Shown here: piece by piece, positions 25,306 through 35,988 of the stretch
Layout of the letters: every line of letters begins with the position of its first letter
Numbering within the stretch: the first letter of the stretch is position 1
Origin: Mycobacteriales bacterium
GTDB taxonomy: Bacteria > Actinomycetota > Actinomycetes > JALYNC01
Assembly (NCBI GenBank): GCA_038253225.1
Contig: JBBSHH010000005.1
Coordinates: 1-49,237 of the forward strand
Direction: 5' to 3'
Length of the DNA stretch: 49,237 nucleotides
Translations under genes and position numbers: made by a program
The notes under the pieces: model-generated
Seen by the model: the letters and a program-made list of their open reading frames with translations, nothing else
Told to the model about the DNA's origin: nothing
Database searches by the model: none

Positions 25306-26904
25306 GTGGGACACATCGACCTCAGCTCCGTGCGGTACCTGCTGCCCGACGGGCGGGAGCTGCTTACCGATGTCTCGTTCCGGGTCGGCGACGGCGCCCG
25401 GGTGGCGTTGGTCGGCGCGAACGGCACCGGCAAGACGACGCTGCTGCGGATCCTCGCGGGCGACCTGGCAGCGACCGGCGGCACGATCAGCCGCAGCGGT
25501 GGTCTCGGTGCCATGCGGCAGTTCATCGGGTCGGTCCGCGACGACAGCACGGTGCGCGACCTGCTGGTCGGCGTCGCACCCGAGCGGTTGCAGACCGCGG
25601 TGGCCGCCCTCGACGACGCCGAGCTGGTGCTCATGGAGCGCGACGACGAGCGGTCGCAGCTGCGCTATGCGCATGCGCTGACCGACTACGGCGACGCCGG
25701 CGGCTACGACGCAGAGGTCCGCTGGGACGTCTGCACGACCGAGGCGCTCGGGCTGCCCTTCGAGCGGGCGAAGTGGCGGGAGGTCCGGACCCTGTCCGGT
25801 GGGGAACAGAAGCGGCTGGTCCTCGAGGCGCTGCTGCGCGGACCGGACGAGGTCCTGCTGCTCGACGAGCCCGACAACTACCTCGACGTGCCGGCCAAGC
25901 GCTGGCTCGAGGACCGGCTGGGCGAGACCGCCAAGACCGTGCTGTACGTGAGCCACGACCGGGAGCTGCTGGCCCGGACCGCGACCCGGATCGTCACGCT
26001 GGAGGGCCGCAGCGCCTGGACCCACGGCGGCGGCTTCGCCGGCTACCACCAGGCTCGCCGGGAGCGACTCGAGCGGCTCGACGAGCTGCATCGGCGCTGG
26101 ACCGAGGAGCACACCCGGCTCGTCGAGCTGGTCCGGACCCTGCAGCAGCAGGCGGCGATCTCGCCCGGCATGGCCTCGCGGTACCACGCGATGCAGACGC
26201 GGTTGGCCAGGTTCGAGGCGGCCGGGCCGCCGCTGGAGCGCCCGAAGGAGCAGAACGTCACGATGCGCTTCGGCGGTGGCCGGACGGGTGTTCGGGCGCT
26301 GACCTGCTCCGGCCTGGAGCTGTCCGGACTGGTGGCGCCGTTCGACTGCGAGATCTTCTACGGGGAGCGGGTCGCGGTGCTCGGGGCCAACGGCTCGGGG
26401 AAGTCGCACTTCCTGCGGCTGCTCGCCGGCGGTTCGGTGCGCCACACCGGCTCCTGGCGCCTCGGTGCGCGGGTGGTGCCCGGCCTGTTCGCGCAGACGC
26501 ACGACCGCCCGGAGCTCGACGGCCGGACGCTGGTCGACATCCTCTGGCACCAGGCCCACGACCGCGGCAAGGCGATCGGAGCGCTGCGGCGCTACGAGCT
26601 GGCGGAGCAGGCCGACGTCGGTTTCGACGAGCTCTCCGGCGGTCAGCAGGCCCGGTTCCAGATCCTGTTGCTGGCGATCGACGGCGCGACCTTGCTCTTG
26701 CTCGACGAGCCCACCGACAACCTCGACATCGCCTCCGCGGAGGCCCTCGAGGAGGGCCTCGCCGCCTACGACGGGACCGTGCTCGCGGTCACCCACGACC
26801 GGTGGTTCGCGCGTGGGTTCGACCGGTTCCTCGTCTTCGGCGAGGACGGCACCGTGCGGGAGTTCAGCGAGCCGGTGTGGGAGGAGGCTCGCCCGGTGCG
26901 CTAG
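25306..26904 (+). CDS. ABC-F family ATPase (two ABC domains, no TM domain)
   Basis: [21 protein letters not shown] and [21 protein letters not shown] with a helical linker. Confidence 0.92.
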   Translation: MGHIDLSSVRYLLPDGRELLTDVSFRVGDGARVALVGANGTGKTTLLRILAGDLAATGGTISRSGGLGAMRQFIGSVRDDSTVRDLLVGVAPERLQTAVAALDDAELVLMERDDERSQLRYAHALTDYGDAGGYDAEVRWDVCTTEALGLPFERAKWREVRTLSGGEQKRLVLEALLRGPDEVLLLDEPDNYLDVPAKRWLEDRLGETAKTVLYVSHDRELLARTATRIVTLEGRSAWTHGGGFAGYHQARRERLERLDELHRRWTEEHTRLVELVRTLQQQAAISPGMASRYHAMQTRLARFEAAGPPLERPKEQNVTMRFGGGRTGVRALTCSGLELSGLVAPFDCEIFYGERVAVLGANGSGKSHFLRLLAGGSVRHTGSWRLGARVVPGLFAQTHDRPELDGRTLVDILWHQAHDRGKAIGALRRYELAEQADVGFDELSGGQQARFQILLLAIDGATLLLLDEPTDNLDIASAEALEEGLAAYDGTVLAVTHDRWFARGFDRFLVFGEDGTVREFSEPVWEEARPVR

Positions 26905-26953
26905 CGACGCCGCAACGACGACGGCCCGGGCGCACTCGGTCCGTACCGCCGCT

Positions 26954-26983
26954 TTGACCCCTTCCCGGCGCGGTCGGTATCCT
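26954..26983 (+). promoter_or_regulatory. Housekeeping sigma promoter of rplM-rpsI
   Basis: TTGACC-N18-TATCCT. Confidence 0.75.
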
Positions 26984-27136
26984 TGGCGGCCGCGGCAACG
27001 CGCAGGTGCCCGTGCGCGCTGTAGATGCGCCGGTCGGCGCACCCGCAGGTGCCGGGTGCCGGCGCTGGCCGCCGCTCAACCGCCGCTCTACCGCAGCGTT
27101 GTTCCCCCGGTTCCAACCCGACCCGAAGGCCTGCCC

Positions 27137-27580
27137 GTGCGCACGTACAGTCCCAAGGCCGCCGACGTCCAGCGTCAGTGGCACGTCATCGACGCGACCG
27201 ACATCGTGCTCGGCCGGCTGGCGAGCCAGACCGCCCGGCTGTTGCGTGGCAAGCACAAGGCGATCTTCGCGCCGCACGTCGACACCGGTGACTTCGTGAT
27301 CATCGTCAACGCCGCCAAGGTCGCGCTGACCGGTAGCAAGCGCGAGCAGAAGCTGGCCTACCGGCACTCGGGGTACCCGGGCGGTCTGCGCGCGGTTCGC
27401 TACACCGAGCTGTTGGCCCAGCGACCGGCGGTCGCGGTGGAGAAGGCGGTCAGGGGAATGCTGCCGCACACCACCCTCGGCCGGCAGATGCTGTCCAAGC
27501 TCAAGGTCTACGCCGGCCCGAACCACCCGCATCAGGCGCAGCAGCCGGTGCCCTACGAGCTGTCCCAGGTCGCGCAGTAG
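27137..27580 (+). CDS. rplM: 50S ribosomal protein L13
   Basis: GTG start [26 protein letters not shown]. Confidence 0.98.
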   Translation: MRTYSPKAADVQRQWHVIDATDIVLGRLASQTARLLRGKHKAIFAPHVDTGDFVIIVNAAKVALTGSKREQKLAYRHSGYPGGLRAVRYTELLAQRPAVAVEKAVRGMLPHTTLGRQMLSKLKVYAGPNHPHQAQQPVPYELSQVAQ

Positions 27581-27619
27581 TTCGGCCACACCGACGTACG
27601 ACGAAGGATTGAGGCAACC

Positions 27620-28168
27620 GTGGCCGAGATGACCACAGTAGGGACCGACACGCTCGACAGCGGTCTGCCCGCGACCACGCTGGACGCGGCGCAGCTGCCG
27701 ACGCCGGAGACGACCGTGGCCGCCGGGGTGAGCGACCCTGGCGCTGCGGCCGAGGGCGTGCCGGCACCGCGGCGGGTGGCCGCCGGTCCGGCCGGCGCCA
27801 CCGGCCGGCGCAAGGAGGCGATCGCGCGGGTCCGGCTGGTGCCGGGCAGCGGCCAGTGGACGATCAACGGCAAGACGCTCGAGCGCTACTTTCCGAACAA
27901 GGTGCACCAGCAGTCGGTGCGCGAGCCGTTCGTGACCCTCGAGCTCGGCGACCTCTACGACGTCATCGCGCGGCTCTCCGGCGGCGGGGTGTCGGGCCAG
28001 GCCGGTGCGCTGCGGCTGGGCATCGCCCGGGCGCTGATCGACGTCGACGTGGAGAACCGGCCGCCGCTGAAGAAGGCGGGTTTCCTCACCCGGGACGCGC
28101 GGGTCAAGGAGCGGAAGAAGTACGGCCTGAAGAAGGCCCGCAAGGCTCCGCAGTACTCCAAGCGCTAG
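27620..28168 (+). CDS. rpsI: 30S ribosomal protein S9 with N-terminal extension
   Basis: [42 protein letters not shown]. Confidence 0.98.
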   Translation: MAEMTTVGTDTLDSGLPATTLDAAQLPTPETTVAAGVSDPGAAAEGVPAPRRVAAGPAGATGRRKEAIARVRLVPGSGQWTINGKTLERYFPNKVHQQSVREPFVTLELGDLYDVIARLSGGGVSGQAGALRLGIARALIDVDVENRPPLKKAGFLTRDARVKERKKYGLKKARKAPQYSKR

Positions 28169-28184
28169 CCGGGACGCGTCGGTC

Positions 28185-29525
28185 GTGGGCCTCCTGTTCG
28201 GTACCGACGGCGTCCGCGGACTGGCCAACGGCGACCTGACCGCCGAGTTGGCGCTCGACCTGGCCGTGGCGGCCGCGCACGTGCTGGCCGAGCATCGCAG
28301 CGGTCCGGGGCGGCCGCTCGCCGTGGTCGGCCGCGACCCGCGGGCGTCCGGAGAGTTTCTCGAGGCGGCGGTCGTCGCCGGGCTCGCCAGCGCCGGCGTC
28401 GACGTGCTGCGGCTCGGCGTACTGCCGACTCCGGGTGTCGCTTTCCTCACCGGCGCGCTCGGCGCAGACCTCGGCGTAATGCTCTCCGCCAGCCACAACG
28501 CGATGCCCGACAACGGCATCAAGTTCTTCGACCGGGACGGGTTCAAGCTGCCGGACTCGGTCGAGGACGAAGTGGAGGGCCGCCTCGGCGAGCTGTGGCA
28601 GCGACCCACCGGCGCGGCGGTCGGCCGGGTGTCCGGTGACGAGACGGCGGTCGAGCGCTACGCCGGACATCTGCTCGCCGCCGCGCCGCAGCGCCTCGAC
28701 GGGCTACGGGTCGTCGTCGACTGCGCGCACGGCGCCGCCGCGGCGGTGGCGCCCGACGTGCTGCGCCGAGCCGGTGCGGAGGTCATCGCGATCGGCGCGA
28801 GCCCCACCGGCCTGAACATCAACGACGGCGTCGGTTCGACGCACCCCGCAGCGCTGCAGGCGGCCGTCCGGGAGCATGCCGCCGACGCGGGCATCGGTCA
28901 CGACGGCGATGCCGACCGTTGCCTCGCCGTCGACGCCGCCGGGCGGCTCGTCGACGGGGACGCCATCCTCGCGATCTGTGCGGTGGCTGCGGCCGGCGGC
29001 GGTCGCCTTCGCGGCAACGCGGTGGTGACCACGGTGATGACCAACCTCGGGTTCCGGCAGGCGATGTCCGCCCGCGGGATCCGGGTCGTCGAGACGCCGG
29101 TCGGGGACCGCTACGTCCTCGAAGCCATGCGCCGGAACGGGCTCAGCCTCGGCGGTGAGCAGTCGGGGCACGTGGTGTTCCTCGACCACGCGACCACCGG
29201 CGACGGCATCCTCACCGCGCTGCAGCTGCTCGGCGAGGTCGCCGCCAGCGGCGCACCGCTGGCCGAGCTCGCCGCCGTGATGACCCGGCTGCCACAGGTG
29301 TTGATCAACGTGTCTGGAGTCGACCGCCAACGGGCGGCGAGCTCGATCGAGTTGGCTGCGGCCGTCGAGGCCGCGGGTGCGGAGCTGGGAAGCGACGGCC
29401 GGGTGCTGGTCCGCCCCAGCGGCACCGAGCCGCTGGTGCGGGTGATGGTGGAGGCCAACACGGCCGAGCGGGCGCAGGCGGTCGCCGAGCAGCTCGCCGG
29501 CGTCGTCGCCAGCGCGCTGCGCTGA
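28185..29525 (+). CDS. glmM: Phosphoglucosamine mutase
   Basis: [40 protein letters not shown]. Confidence 0.97.
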   Translation: MGLLFGTDGVRGLANGDLTAELALDLAVAAAHVLAEHRSGPGRPLAVVGRDPRASGEFLEAAVVAGLASAGVDVLRLGVLPTPGVAFLTGALGADLGVMLSASHNAMPDNGIKFFDRDGFKLPDSVEDEVEGRLGELWQRPTGAAVGRVSGDETAVERYAGHLLAAAPQRLDGLRVVVDCAHGAAAAVAPDVLRRAGAEVIAIGASPTGLNINDGVGSTHPAALQAAVREHAADAGIGHDGDADRCLAVDAAGRLVDGDAILAICAVAAAGGGRLRGNAVVTTVMTNLGFRQAMSARGIRVVETPVGDRYVLEAMRRNGLSLGGEQSGHVVFLDHATTGDGILTALQLLGEVAASGAPLAELAAVMTRLPQVLINVSGVDRQRAASSIELAAAVEAAGAELGSDGRVLVRPSGTEPLVRVMVEANTAERAQAVAEQLAGVVASALR

Positions 29526-29567
29526 CCGCGCCGCCAACGGTCAGCCTGGCGGAGCGGCGACGGTACG

Positions 29568-30847
29568 TCAGCCGTCCGGGGCGTGGCTCGGGGGCCGGAC
29601 CCGATACCTCCGGCCGGCCGGGCTGGTCCAGGTCGCGCCGCCGTCCGGTCGTGCCTCCAGTCGCCAACCGCCATGCGTCTTGGCCCGGTGGTGCCGTCGG
29701 CAGAGCGGACCCAGGTTGTCGAGGCTGGTGGGTCCACCCGCGGTGTAGGCCTGGGCGTGGTCGATGTCGCAGCGCCGCGCGGGCACCGCGCAGCCGGGGA
29801 ACCGGCACACCGGGTGCCGCGCCAGGACGCGCCGCCGCAGCTCGGCCGTCGGCCGGTAGCCGGGCAGGTCGGCGGCCGGGAGCCAGTCGCGGGCGGCGCC
29901 CACGAACTGCCGCTGCCACTGCCCTTCGGCAGCCAGCCGGCGGGCGAGGGTGACCGGGATCGCGCCGTACCCGGCGAGCTCGCCGGGCATCTCGTCTAGA
30001 CCCAGCAGGGTAGCGGCGGAGACGGTCACCTGGCTGTGCGGCCGGCTGCCGTGCCGGCTCGGCAGGGTGGGGTCGAGCAGGACCCCGCGAAAGATCTCGA
30101 CGAGGGCGTCGGCCCGGCGGGCATCGATACCGCGGGTGGTCACCAGGGACCCGTGGCCGGTCGGCCAGCCCGTTCAGGGCCGCCATCACGGTGGCCGCGC
30201 CGTCGGCCGGCAGCAGCGCGTGCAGCTCGGCCATGCCGTCATCGACCGGCCAGCTGGCGACCAGCCGCTCGCGGAGGGCCCGCTCGTGCCGCTCGGCCCC
30301 ACCCATCGGATCGGCGGCGAGCACCGCCCGGCGGGTCGCGCGGCGGGTCTCGGCGACCGTCTGCTCCGCCGCGCCGGCGAGCACCCGGGCCTGCACCCGC
30401 GCCGCCGCCTGCTCGGGCAGCGGCGCTACCGCCTCGACCAGCGTCACGGCCTGCCAGTAGGTGATGCGGCCGGCGGCCAGCGCGGCATGGGTCTGGGTCA
30501 TCGGCCCGGCCAGGGCCCGGGCGACGTCGAGCCGCCGCTGCGCGGTCCCGGCCGAGAGACGCGAGCGCCGCCCCCACCTCTTCCCTGGTCCAGTCCTCGT
30601 CGGCCTGATCGGTGGCTTCGGCTATCGCGGCGAGCACCCGATGCTGCTCGGCGGCGACCCATGCGGCCAGCCGTTCCCAGCTGACCAGCAGGTCCAGTCG
30701 ACCCGCGTCGTCGCAGTCCGCCGGGTCGATGCTGACGGCCAGAGCGGCGGTGGCCGGCCCCGGCGCCGCCGTGGCCAGCCGGCTCGTCAGTGACCCGGCC
30801 GCACCGACCGCTTGGGCTCCCCCGCCGGGCGACGCACTATCGAACAT
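29568..30847 (-). pseudogene. DUF222 / 13E12-repeat-family HNH endonuclease, split by two single-base insertions
   Basis: Three frames join: MFDS..WTREEVGAAL | LSAGTAQRRL..GRITYWQA..DGMAEL | TRGIDARRADAL..CRFPGC..CDIDH..NLGPLCRRHHRAKTH; shifts near 30562 and 30139. Confidence 0.85.
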
Positions 30848-30859
30848 GTGTTCGATAGT
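30836..30859. promoter_or_regulatory. LexA (SOS) box, actinobacterial type
   Basis: ACTATCGAAC-ATGT-GTTCGATAGT; core TCGAAC-N4-GTTCGA at 30840-30855. Confidence 0.9.
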
Positions 30860-30918
30860 ACCCTCGCTCAGCAAGGATCCGATGCTCCGCGTCGACCCTG
30901 TGTACGGACCATGCCGGC

Positions 30919-31013
30919 CGCCACGGGTCCTCGCCCTACCGGCTCCGGCGCCGGCTGCGGCGTACGCCACGGGTCCTCGCCCTACCGGCTCCGGCGCCGG
31001 CTGCGCCGTACGC
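30919..31013. repeat. 46-bp tandem duplication in the glmS promoter region
   Basis: Copies at 30919-30964 and 30965-31010 with one mismatch. Confidence 0.92.
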
Positions 31014-31021
31014 TGGCCGCC

Positions 31022-32857
31022 ATGTGCGGAATCGTCGGCTACGTCGGTCACCGGGCCGCCCTGGACGTCGTGGTCGCCGGGCTGCGGCGCCTGGAGTACC
31101 GCGGTTATGACAGCGCCGGCGTGGCGATCCTCGACGGCAAGCTCGACGTCGAACGCAAGGCCGGCAAGCTCGGGAACCTCGAGGCCCAGCTGGCCGAGCA
31201 CCCGATGCCCGGCAGCACCGGGATGGGCCACACACGGTGGGCCACCCACGGTGCCCCGACGGATGCCAACGCCCACCCGCACACCAGCTGCGACGGCGCG
31301 GTCGCAGTGATCCACAACGGGATCATCGAGAACTTCGCGGTCCTGCGCGCCGGCCTCGAGAGCCGCGGCCACGTCTTCGCCTCTGAGACCGACACCGAGG
31401 TGGTCGCGCACCTCCTGGAGGAGGCCTACGCCGGGGAGCTGGCGGCCGCGATGCGCGAGGTCTGCCGCCGGCTCGAGGGCGCGTTCACCCTCGTCGCGCT
31501 GCACCGGGACGCGCCAGACGTGGTCGTGGGTGCCCGCCGGGACTCCCCGTTGGTGATCGGTCGGGGCGAGGGCGAGCAGTTCCTCGCCAGCGACGTGTCC
31601 GCGTTCATCGCCCACACCCGCGACGCCGTCGAGCTCGGCCAGGATCAGGTGGTCGAGCTGCGGCGGGACGGCTACACGGTCACGACCTTCGACGGCGAAC
31701 CGGCTCCGGTCGTCGAGTACCACGTCGACTGGGACGCCGGCGCCGCGGAGAAGGGCGGCTACCCCTACTTCATGCTCAAGGAGATCGCCGAGCAGCCGCA
31801 GGCGCTGGCCGACACGCTGCGCGGCCGGCTCAACGGCGCCGGCGTGCTCCAGCTCGACGAGGTGCGGCTGTCGGACCAGGAGCTGCGCGACATCGACAAG
31901 GTGTTCATCGTCGCCACCGGCACGGCCTACCACTCCGGGCTCGTCGCCAAGTACGCCATCGAGCACTGGTGCCGGCTGCCGTGTGAGGTCGAGATCGCCT
32001 CCGAGTTCCGCTACCGCGACCCGGTCCTCAACCGGTCCACGCTGGTGATCGCGGTCAGCCAGAGCGGCGAGACGATGGACACGTTGATGGCGGTGCGGCA
32101 TGCCCGTGAGCAGCGCGCCCGGGTGCTCGCGATCTGCAACACCGTCGGGTCGGCCATCCCGCGCGAGTCCGACGCGGTGCTCTACACCCACGCCGGCCCG
32201 GAGATCGCGGTCGCCTCGACCAAGACCTTCCTCAGCCAGATCGCCGCTGCCTACCTGGTCGGGCTGACCCTCGCGCAGGTCCGCGGGACGAAGTACGGCG
32301 ACGAGGTGGCCCGCGAGGTGCACCAGCTCGAGCTGATGCCGGCCCGTATCGAGCGCGTGCTCGCCACGCTCGACCCGGTGCGCGCGCTGGCCCGGGAGCT
32401 GCACGAGAGCAGGGCAGTGCTCTTCCTCGGCCGGCACGTCGGCTACCCGGTCGCGCTGGAGGGGGCGCTCAAGCTCAAGGAGCTCGCCTACATCCACGCC
32501 GAGGGCTTCCCGGCCGGTGAGCTCAAGCACGGCCCGATCGCCCTGATCGAGGCGGGGCTGCCGGTGGTGGTGATCGCCCCGTCGCCCCGGGGCCGCGGCG
32601 TCCTGCACGCCAAGCTGCTCTCCAACGTCCAGGAGGTCCGGGCCCGCGGCGCCCGCACGATCGTGGTCGCGGAGGAGGGGGACGGCGCCGTGCGTCCCCA
32701 TGCCGACGACGTGATCTGGGTGCCGCCGGTGCCGACCTTGCTGGCACCGTTGGTCACCACCGTGCCGCTGCAGGTGTTCGCCTGCGAGTTCGCGCGCGCG
32801 AAGGGCCTCGACGTCGACCAGCCACGCAACCTGGCGAAGTCCGTCACCGTCGAGTAG
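31022..32857 (+). CDS. glmS: Glutamine--fructose-6-phosphate transaminase
   Basis: [42 protein letters not shown]. Confidence 0.99.
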   Translation: MCGIVGYVGHRAALDVVVAGLRRLEYRGYDSAGVAILDGKLDVERKAGKLGNLEAQLAEHPMPGSTGMGHTRWATHGAPTDANAHPHTSCDGAVAVIHNGIIENFAVLRAGLESRGHVFASETDTEVVAHLLEEAYAGELAAAMREVCRRLEGAFTLVALHRDAPDVVVGARRDSPLVIGRGEGEQFLASDVSAFIAHTRDAVELGQDQVVELRRDGYTVTTFDGEPAPVVEYHVDWDAGAAEKGGYPYFMLKEIAEQPQALADTLRGRLNGAGVLQLDEVRLSDQELRDIDKVFIVATGTAYHSGLVAKYAIEHWCRLPCEVEIASEFRYRDPVLNRSTLVIAVSQSGETMDTLMAVRHAREQRARVLAICNTVGSAIPRESDAVLYTHAGPEIAVASTKTFLSQIAAAYLVGLTLAQVRGTKYGDEVAREVHQLELMPARIERVLATLDPVRALARELHESRAVLFLGRHVGYPVALEGALKLKELAYIHAEGFPAGELKHGPIALIEAGLPVVVIAPSPRGRGVLHAKLLSNVQEVRARGARTIVVAEEGDGAVRPHADDVIWVPPVPTLLAPLVTTVPLQVFACEFARAKGLDVDQPRNLAKSVTVE

Positions 32858-32868
32858 CCGGGCCCGAG

Positions 32869-33219
32869 ATGATCGTCGGTATCGGGGTGGACGTCGTCGA
32901 CGTACGCCGGTTCGGTGCCGTCCTCGCCCGTACGCCGGCGGTGGCCGACCGACTGTTCGCCGGCAGCGAGCGCGGCCTGGCGCCGGAGCGGCTGGCGGTC
33001 CGGTTCGCGGCCAAGGAGGCGGTGGCCAAGGCACTCGGCGCTCCGCTGGGGTTGGCGTGGCACGACGTCGAGGTCGTGCTCGACCCCGAGGGACGGCCGC
33101 ATCTCGAGGTCCGGGGCGGCGTGGCCGCCGTGGCCCGCCGCGCCGGCGTTCGACGCTGGCATGTGTCGCTGAGCCACGACGGCGGTACGGCGGTGGCCAT
33201 GGTGCTGGCCGAGTCGTGA
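32869..33219 (+). CDS. acpS: Holo-ACP synthase
   Basis: [27 protein letters not shown]. Confidence 0.95.
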   Translation: MIVGIGVDVVDVRRFGAVLARTPAVADRLFAGSERGLAPERLAVRFAAKEAVAKALGAPLGLAWHDVEVVLDPEGRPHLEVRGGVAAVARRAGVRRWHVSLSHDGGTAVAMVLAES

Positions 33220-33269
33220 GGGCCGTGTCGTGAGGGCCGTGTCGTGAGGGCCGTGTCGTGAGGGCCGTG
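33213..33269. repeat. 14-bp perfect tandem repeat x4 (gtcgtgagggccgt) at the acpS/nnr junction
   Basis: Copies at 33213, 33227, 33241, 33255. Confidence 0.97.
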
Positions 33270-34817
33270 CATCCGGTCGCGGAGGTCCGGGCGGCGGAGG
33301 CGGCCGCGATGGCGGCGCTGCCCCCGGGTGCGCTCATGGCGCGGGCGGCCAGCGGGCTGGCCCGCCGCTGCGCGGCACTGCTCCCGGCGGTGTACGGCGC
33401 GCGGGTGGTGCTGCTGGTCGGCGCCGGCAACAACGGCGCGGACGCGCTCTGGGCCGGCGCCCGGTTGGCAGCGCGGGGGGCCCGCGTGGACGCGCTGCTG
33501 GTCGGCGCCGGCGAGCCCGAGGCCCTGGCCGCCTTTGCGGCCGCCGGTGGCCGGAGCCGACCGGCAGGCCCGGCCCCGGCCCCGGACGGGCCGACCCCGG
33601 AGCTGCTGCGCCGGGCCGACCTCGTCGTCGACGGGCTGGTCGGCATCGGCGGGCGCGGCCCGCTGCGACCGGCCGCCGCCGCGCTGGCCGGGCTGCTCGC
33701 CGCGCACCGCCCGGCGGTCGTCGTCGCGGTCGACCTGCCGAGCGGCGTCGACGCCGACACCGGCGCGGTCGGCGCCGTGGCGGTCCGCGCCGACGTCACG
33801 GTCACCTTTGGCACCCATAAGCCGGGGCTGCTCGTCTCGCCCGGTGCGCAGTACGCCGGGATGGTCGAGTGCGTCGACATCGGGCTCGACCCCTACCTGC
33901 CCGTCGCGCACCTCGCGGTGCTCGACGCCGGCGACGTCGCCGCCCGGCTGCCGACCCCCGTCGGCGAGGCGTCGAAGTACACCCGCGGGGTGCTGGGGGT
34001 CGCGGCCGGCAGCGAGACCTACACCGGGGCGGCGGTGCTGGCCACCGGCGGCGCCCTGCGCACCGGGGCCGGCATGGTGCGTTACGCCGGTACGCCGCAC
34101 CCCGCCGAGCAGGTCCGCAGCCGCTGGCCCGAGTCGGTGGTCACCGCCGCCGAGACCGGGGCCGAGGTGGTCGGCGTCGGCCGGGTGCAGGCCTGGGTGG
34201 TCGGCCCGGGGCTGGGCACCGGCGACCGGGCGGCCGGCGTAGTGCAGGCCGTCCTCGGCCAGGACGTGCCGGTGCTGGTCGACGCCGACGGGCTCACCGT
34301 GCTGGCCCGCCATGGCGGCTGGCTGACCGGCCGGGCAGCGCCGACCCTGCTGACCCCGCACGCCGGTGAGTTCGCCCGGCTGATGGGCTGCGAACGGGCC
34401 GACGTGGAGGCCGACCGGCTGACCTGGGCTCGCCGCGCCGCCGCCGAGCTCGGCGTGACGGTGCTGCTCAAGGGTACCACCACGGTCGTCGCGGACCCGG
34501 ACGGGTCGGTGCGGATCAACCCGACCGGCACCCCGTGGCTGGCCACCGCCGGCAGCGGAGACGTGCTCTCCGGTGCCTGCGGGGCGCTACTCGCCGGCGG
34601 CCTGTCCGCGTTGGACGCCGGCTCCTGCGGCGCCTTCCTGCACGGGCTGGCCGCCCGGCTGGCCGGCGCCGGCGCCGCCGCGGTGGGCACCGCCGCCGGT
34701 GCTCCCGGCCCCGCCCCGCCGCCGGTGCCGATCACCGCCACCGACCTGCTCGCTGCGTGGTCGGCCGCCGAACGGGCGGTGCGCGCCCCGACCGGACCCG
34801 ACCGCCGGGATGGTTAG
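33258..34817 (+). CDS. nnr: Bifunctional NAD(P)H-hydrate epimerase/dehydratase
   Basis: GAGNNGAD, AVDLPSG, VGPGLG, VDADGL, LTPHAGE, LATAGSGDVLSG. Confidence 0.93.
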   Translation: MRAVHPVAEVRAAEAAAMAALPPGALMARAASGLARRCAALLPAVYGARVVLLVGAGNNGADALWAGARLAARGARVDALLVGAGEPEALAAFAAAGGRSRPAGPAPAPDGPTPELLRRADLVVDGLVGIGGRGPLRPAAAALAGLLAAHRPAVVVAVDLPSGVDADTGAVGAVAVRADVTVTFGTHKPGLLVSPGAQYAGMVECVDIGLDPYLPVAHLAVLDAGDVAARLPTPVGEASKYTRGVLGVAAGSETYTGAAVLATGGALRTGAGMVRYAGTPHPAEQVRSRWPESVVTAAETGAEVVGVGRVQAWVVGPGLGTGDRAAGVVQAVLGQDVPVLVDADGLTVLARHGGWLTGRAAPTLLTPHAGEFARLMGCERADVEADRLTWARRAAAELGVTVLLKGTTTVVADPDGSVRINPTGTPWLATAGSGDVLSGACGALLAGGLSALDAGSCGAFLHGLAARLAGAGAAAVGTAAGAPGPAPPPVPITATDLLAAWSAAERAVRAPTGPDRRDG

Positions 34818-34827
34818 GCTCCCCGCC

Positions 34828-35988
34828 GTGCCGGCGGCGGGTGGGACGAGCGAGGCGGCGGCACCGGCGCAGGTGCGGGTCGATCTCGACGCGATCCGGG
34901 CCAACGTCTCGGCGCTGCGGGCCGTCGCCCGCGACGCCGACGTCCTCGCGGTGGTGAAGGCCGACGGCTACGGACACGGGCTACTGCCGGTCGCCCGGGC
35001 CGCGCGGGACGGCGGCGCCGGCTGGCTCGGGGTCGCGCTGCTCGAGGAGGCGCTCGCGTTGCGTCGCGCCGGTGACGAGGGGCCGGTGCTGGCCTGGCTG
35101 TTCAGCCCCCAGCAGCCGCTCGGGCCGGCCGTCGCCGCCGGCATCGACCTCGGGGTCAGCGCGCCGTGGGCGCTCGCCGCCGCGGCGGCCGCCGCCGTCG
35201 AGACCGGCGTACCGGCCCGGCTGCACCTCAAGGCCGACACGGGCCTCTCGCGCGCCGGCGCGACCCCGGCGGACTGGCCGGCCCTGTGCGTGGGCGCGGC
35301 CCGGGCGGTGGCCGACGGCACCGTCGAGGTGGTCGGGGTGTGGTCGCACTTCGCCTACGCCGACGAGCCCGGGCACCCGACCGTACGCCGGCAGACGGCG
35401 GTCTTCGCCGAGGCGCTGACGGTGGCCGCCGGCGCCGGCCTGCGCCCGTCGGTGCGGCACCTGGCGAACTCCGCCGCGACGCTGACCTCTCCGGGCACGC
35501 ACTACGACCTGGTCCGGCCGGGGCTCGCCGTCTACGGGCTCTCCCCGGTTCCCCAGATCGGCGGCCCGGCGGCGTACGGGCTGCGACCGGCGATGACGAT
35601 GACCGCCCGGGTGGTGCTGGCCAAGCGGGTGCCGGCCGGCTCCGGGGTCTCCTACGGGCACCGCTACACCACCGACCGGGAAACCGGCCTGGCGCTGGTG
35701 CCGGTCGGCTACGCCGACGGCGTGCCGCGGGCCGCGACGAACATCGCCGAGGTGCTGGTCGCCGGCCGCCGCCGCCGGATCGCCGGCACGGTCTGCATGG
35801 ACCAGTTCGTCGTCGACGTCGGCGCCGACGCGGTGTCGGCCGGCGACGAGGTCGTGCTGTTCGGCCCCGGCGACCGGGGGGAGCCGACCGCCCAGGACTG
35901 GGCCGACGCCCTGGGCACGATCAGCTACGAGATCGTGACGCGGATCGGGCCGCGGGTCCCGCGGACGTACGCCGGACCGCCACGGTGA
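34828..35988 (+). CDS. alr: Alanine racemase (alternative start ATG 34810)
   Basis: AVVKADGYGHG PLP-Lys motif, HLANSAA, VRPGL, GYADG, CMDQ, GTISYEI. Confidence 0.96.
   Translation: MPAAGGTSEAAAPAQVRVDLDAIRANVSALRAVARDADVLAVVKADGYGHGLLPVARAARDGGAGWLGVALLEEALALRRAGDEGPVLAWLFSPQQPLGPAVAAGIDLGVSAPWALAAAAAAAVETGVPARLHLKADTGLSRAGATPADWPALCVGAARAVADGTVEVVGVWSHFAYADEPGHPTVRRQTAVFAEALTVAAGAGLRPSVRHLANSAATLTSPGTHYDLVRPGLAVYGLSPVPQIGGPAAYGLRPAMTMTARVVLAKRVPAGSGVSYGHRYTTDRETGLALVPVGYADGVPRAATNIAEVLVAGRRRRIAGTVCMDQFVVDVGADAVSAGDEVVLFGPGDRGEPTAQDWADALGTISYEIVTRIGPRVPRTYAGPPR

Noticed and set aside
14718-27042. Long alternative-frame ORFs (852, 866, 792, 626 aa)
   Set aside because: Overlap well-identified genes; Arg/Pro/Gly-rich or antisense patterns typical of stop-poor frames.
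30130-30580. Programmed ribosomal frameshifting in the DUF222 gene
   Set aside because: No slippery heptamer at either site, and two shifts would be needed.
29526-30918. IS element around the HNH gene
   Set aside because: No transposase motifs, terminal inverted repeats or target-site duplication found.
30860-31021. glmS ribozyme
   Set aside because: No recognisable core; glmS looks leaderless and the space is taken by the duplication.
33213-33269. Possible CRISPR array
   Set aside because: Contiguous 14-bp units with no spacers and no cas genes.
30239-33880. 1213-aa minus-strand ORF
   Set aside because: Antisense shadow of glmS/acpS/nnr in GC-rich DNA; only the part from 30847 down to about 30562 is real (DUF222 N-terminus).
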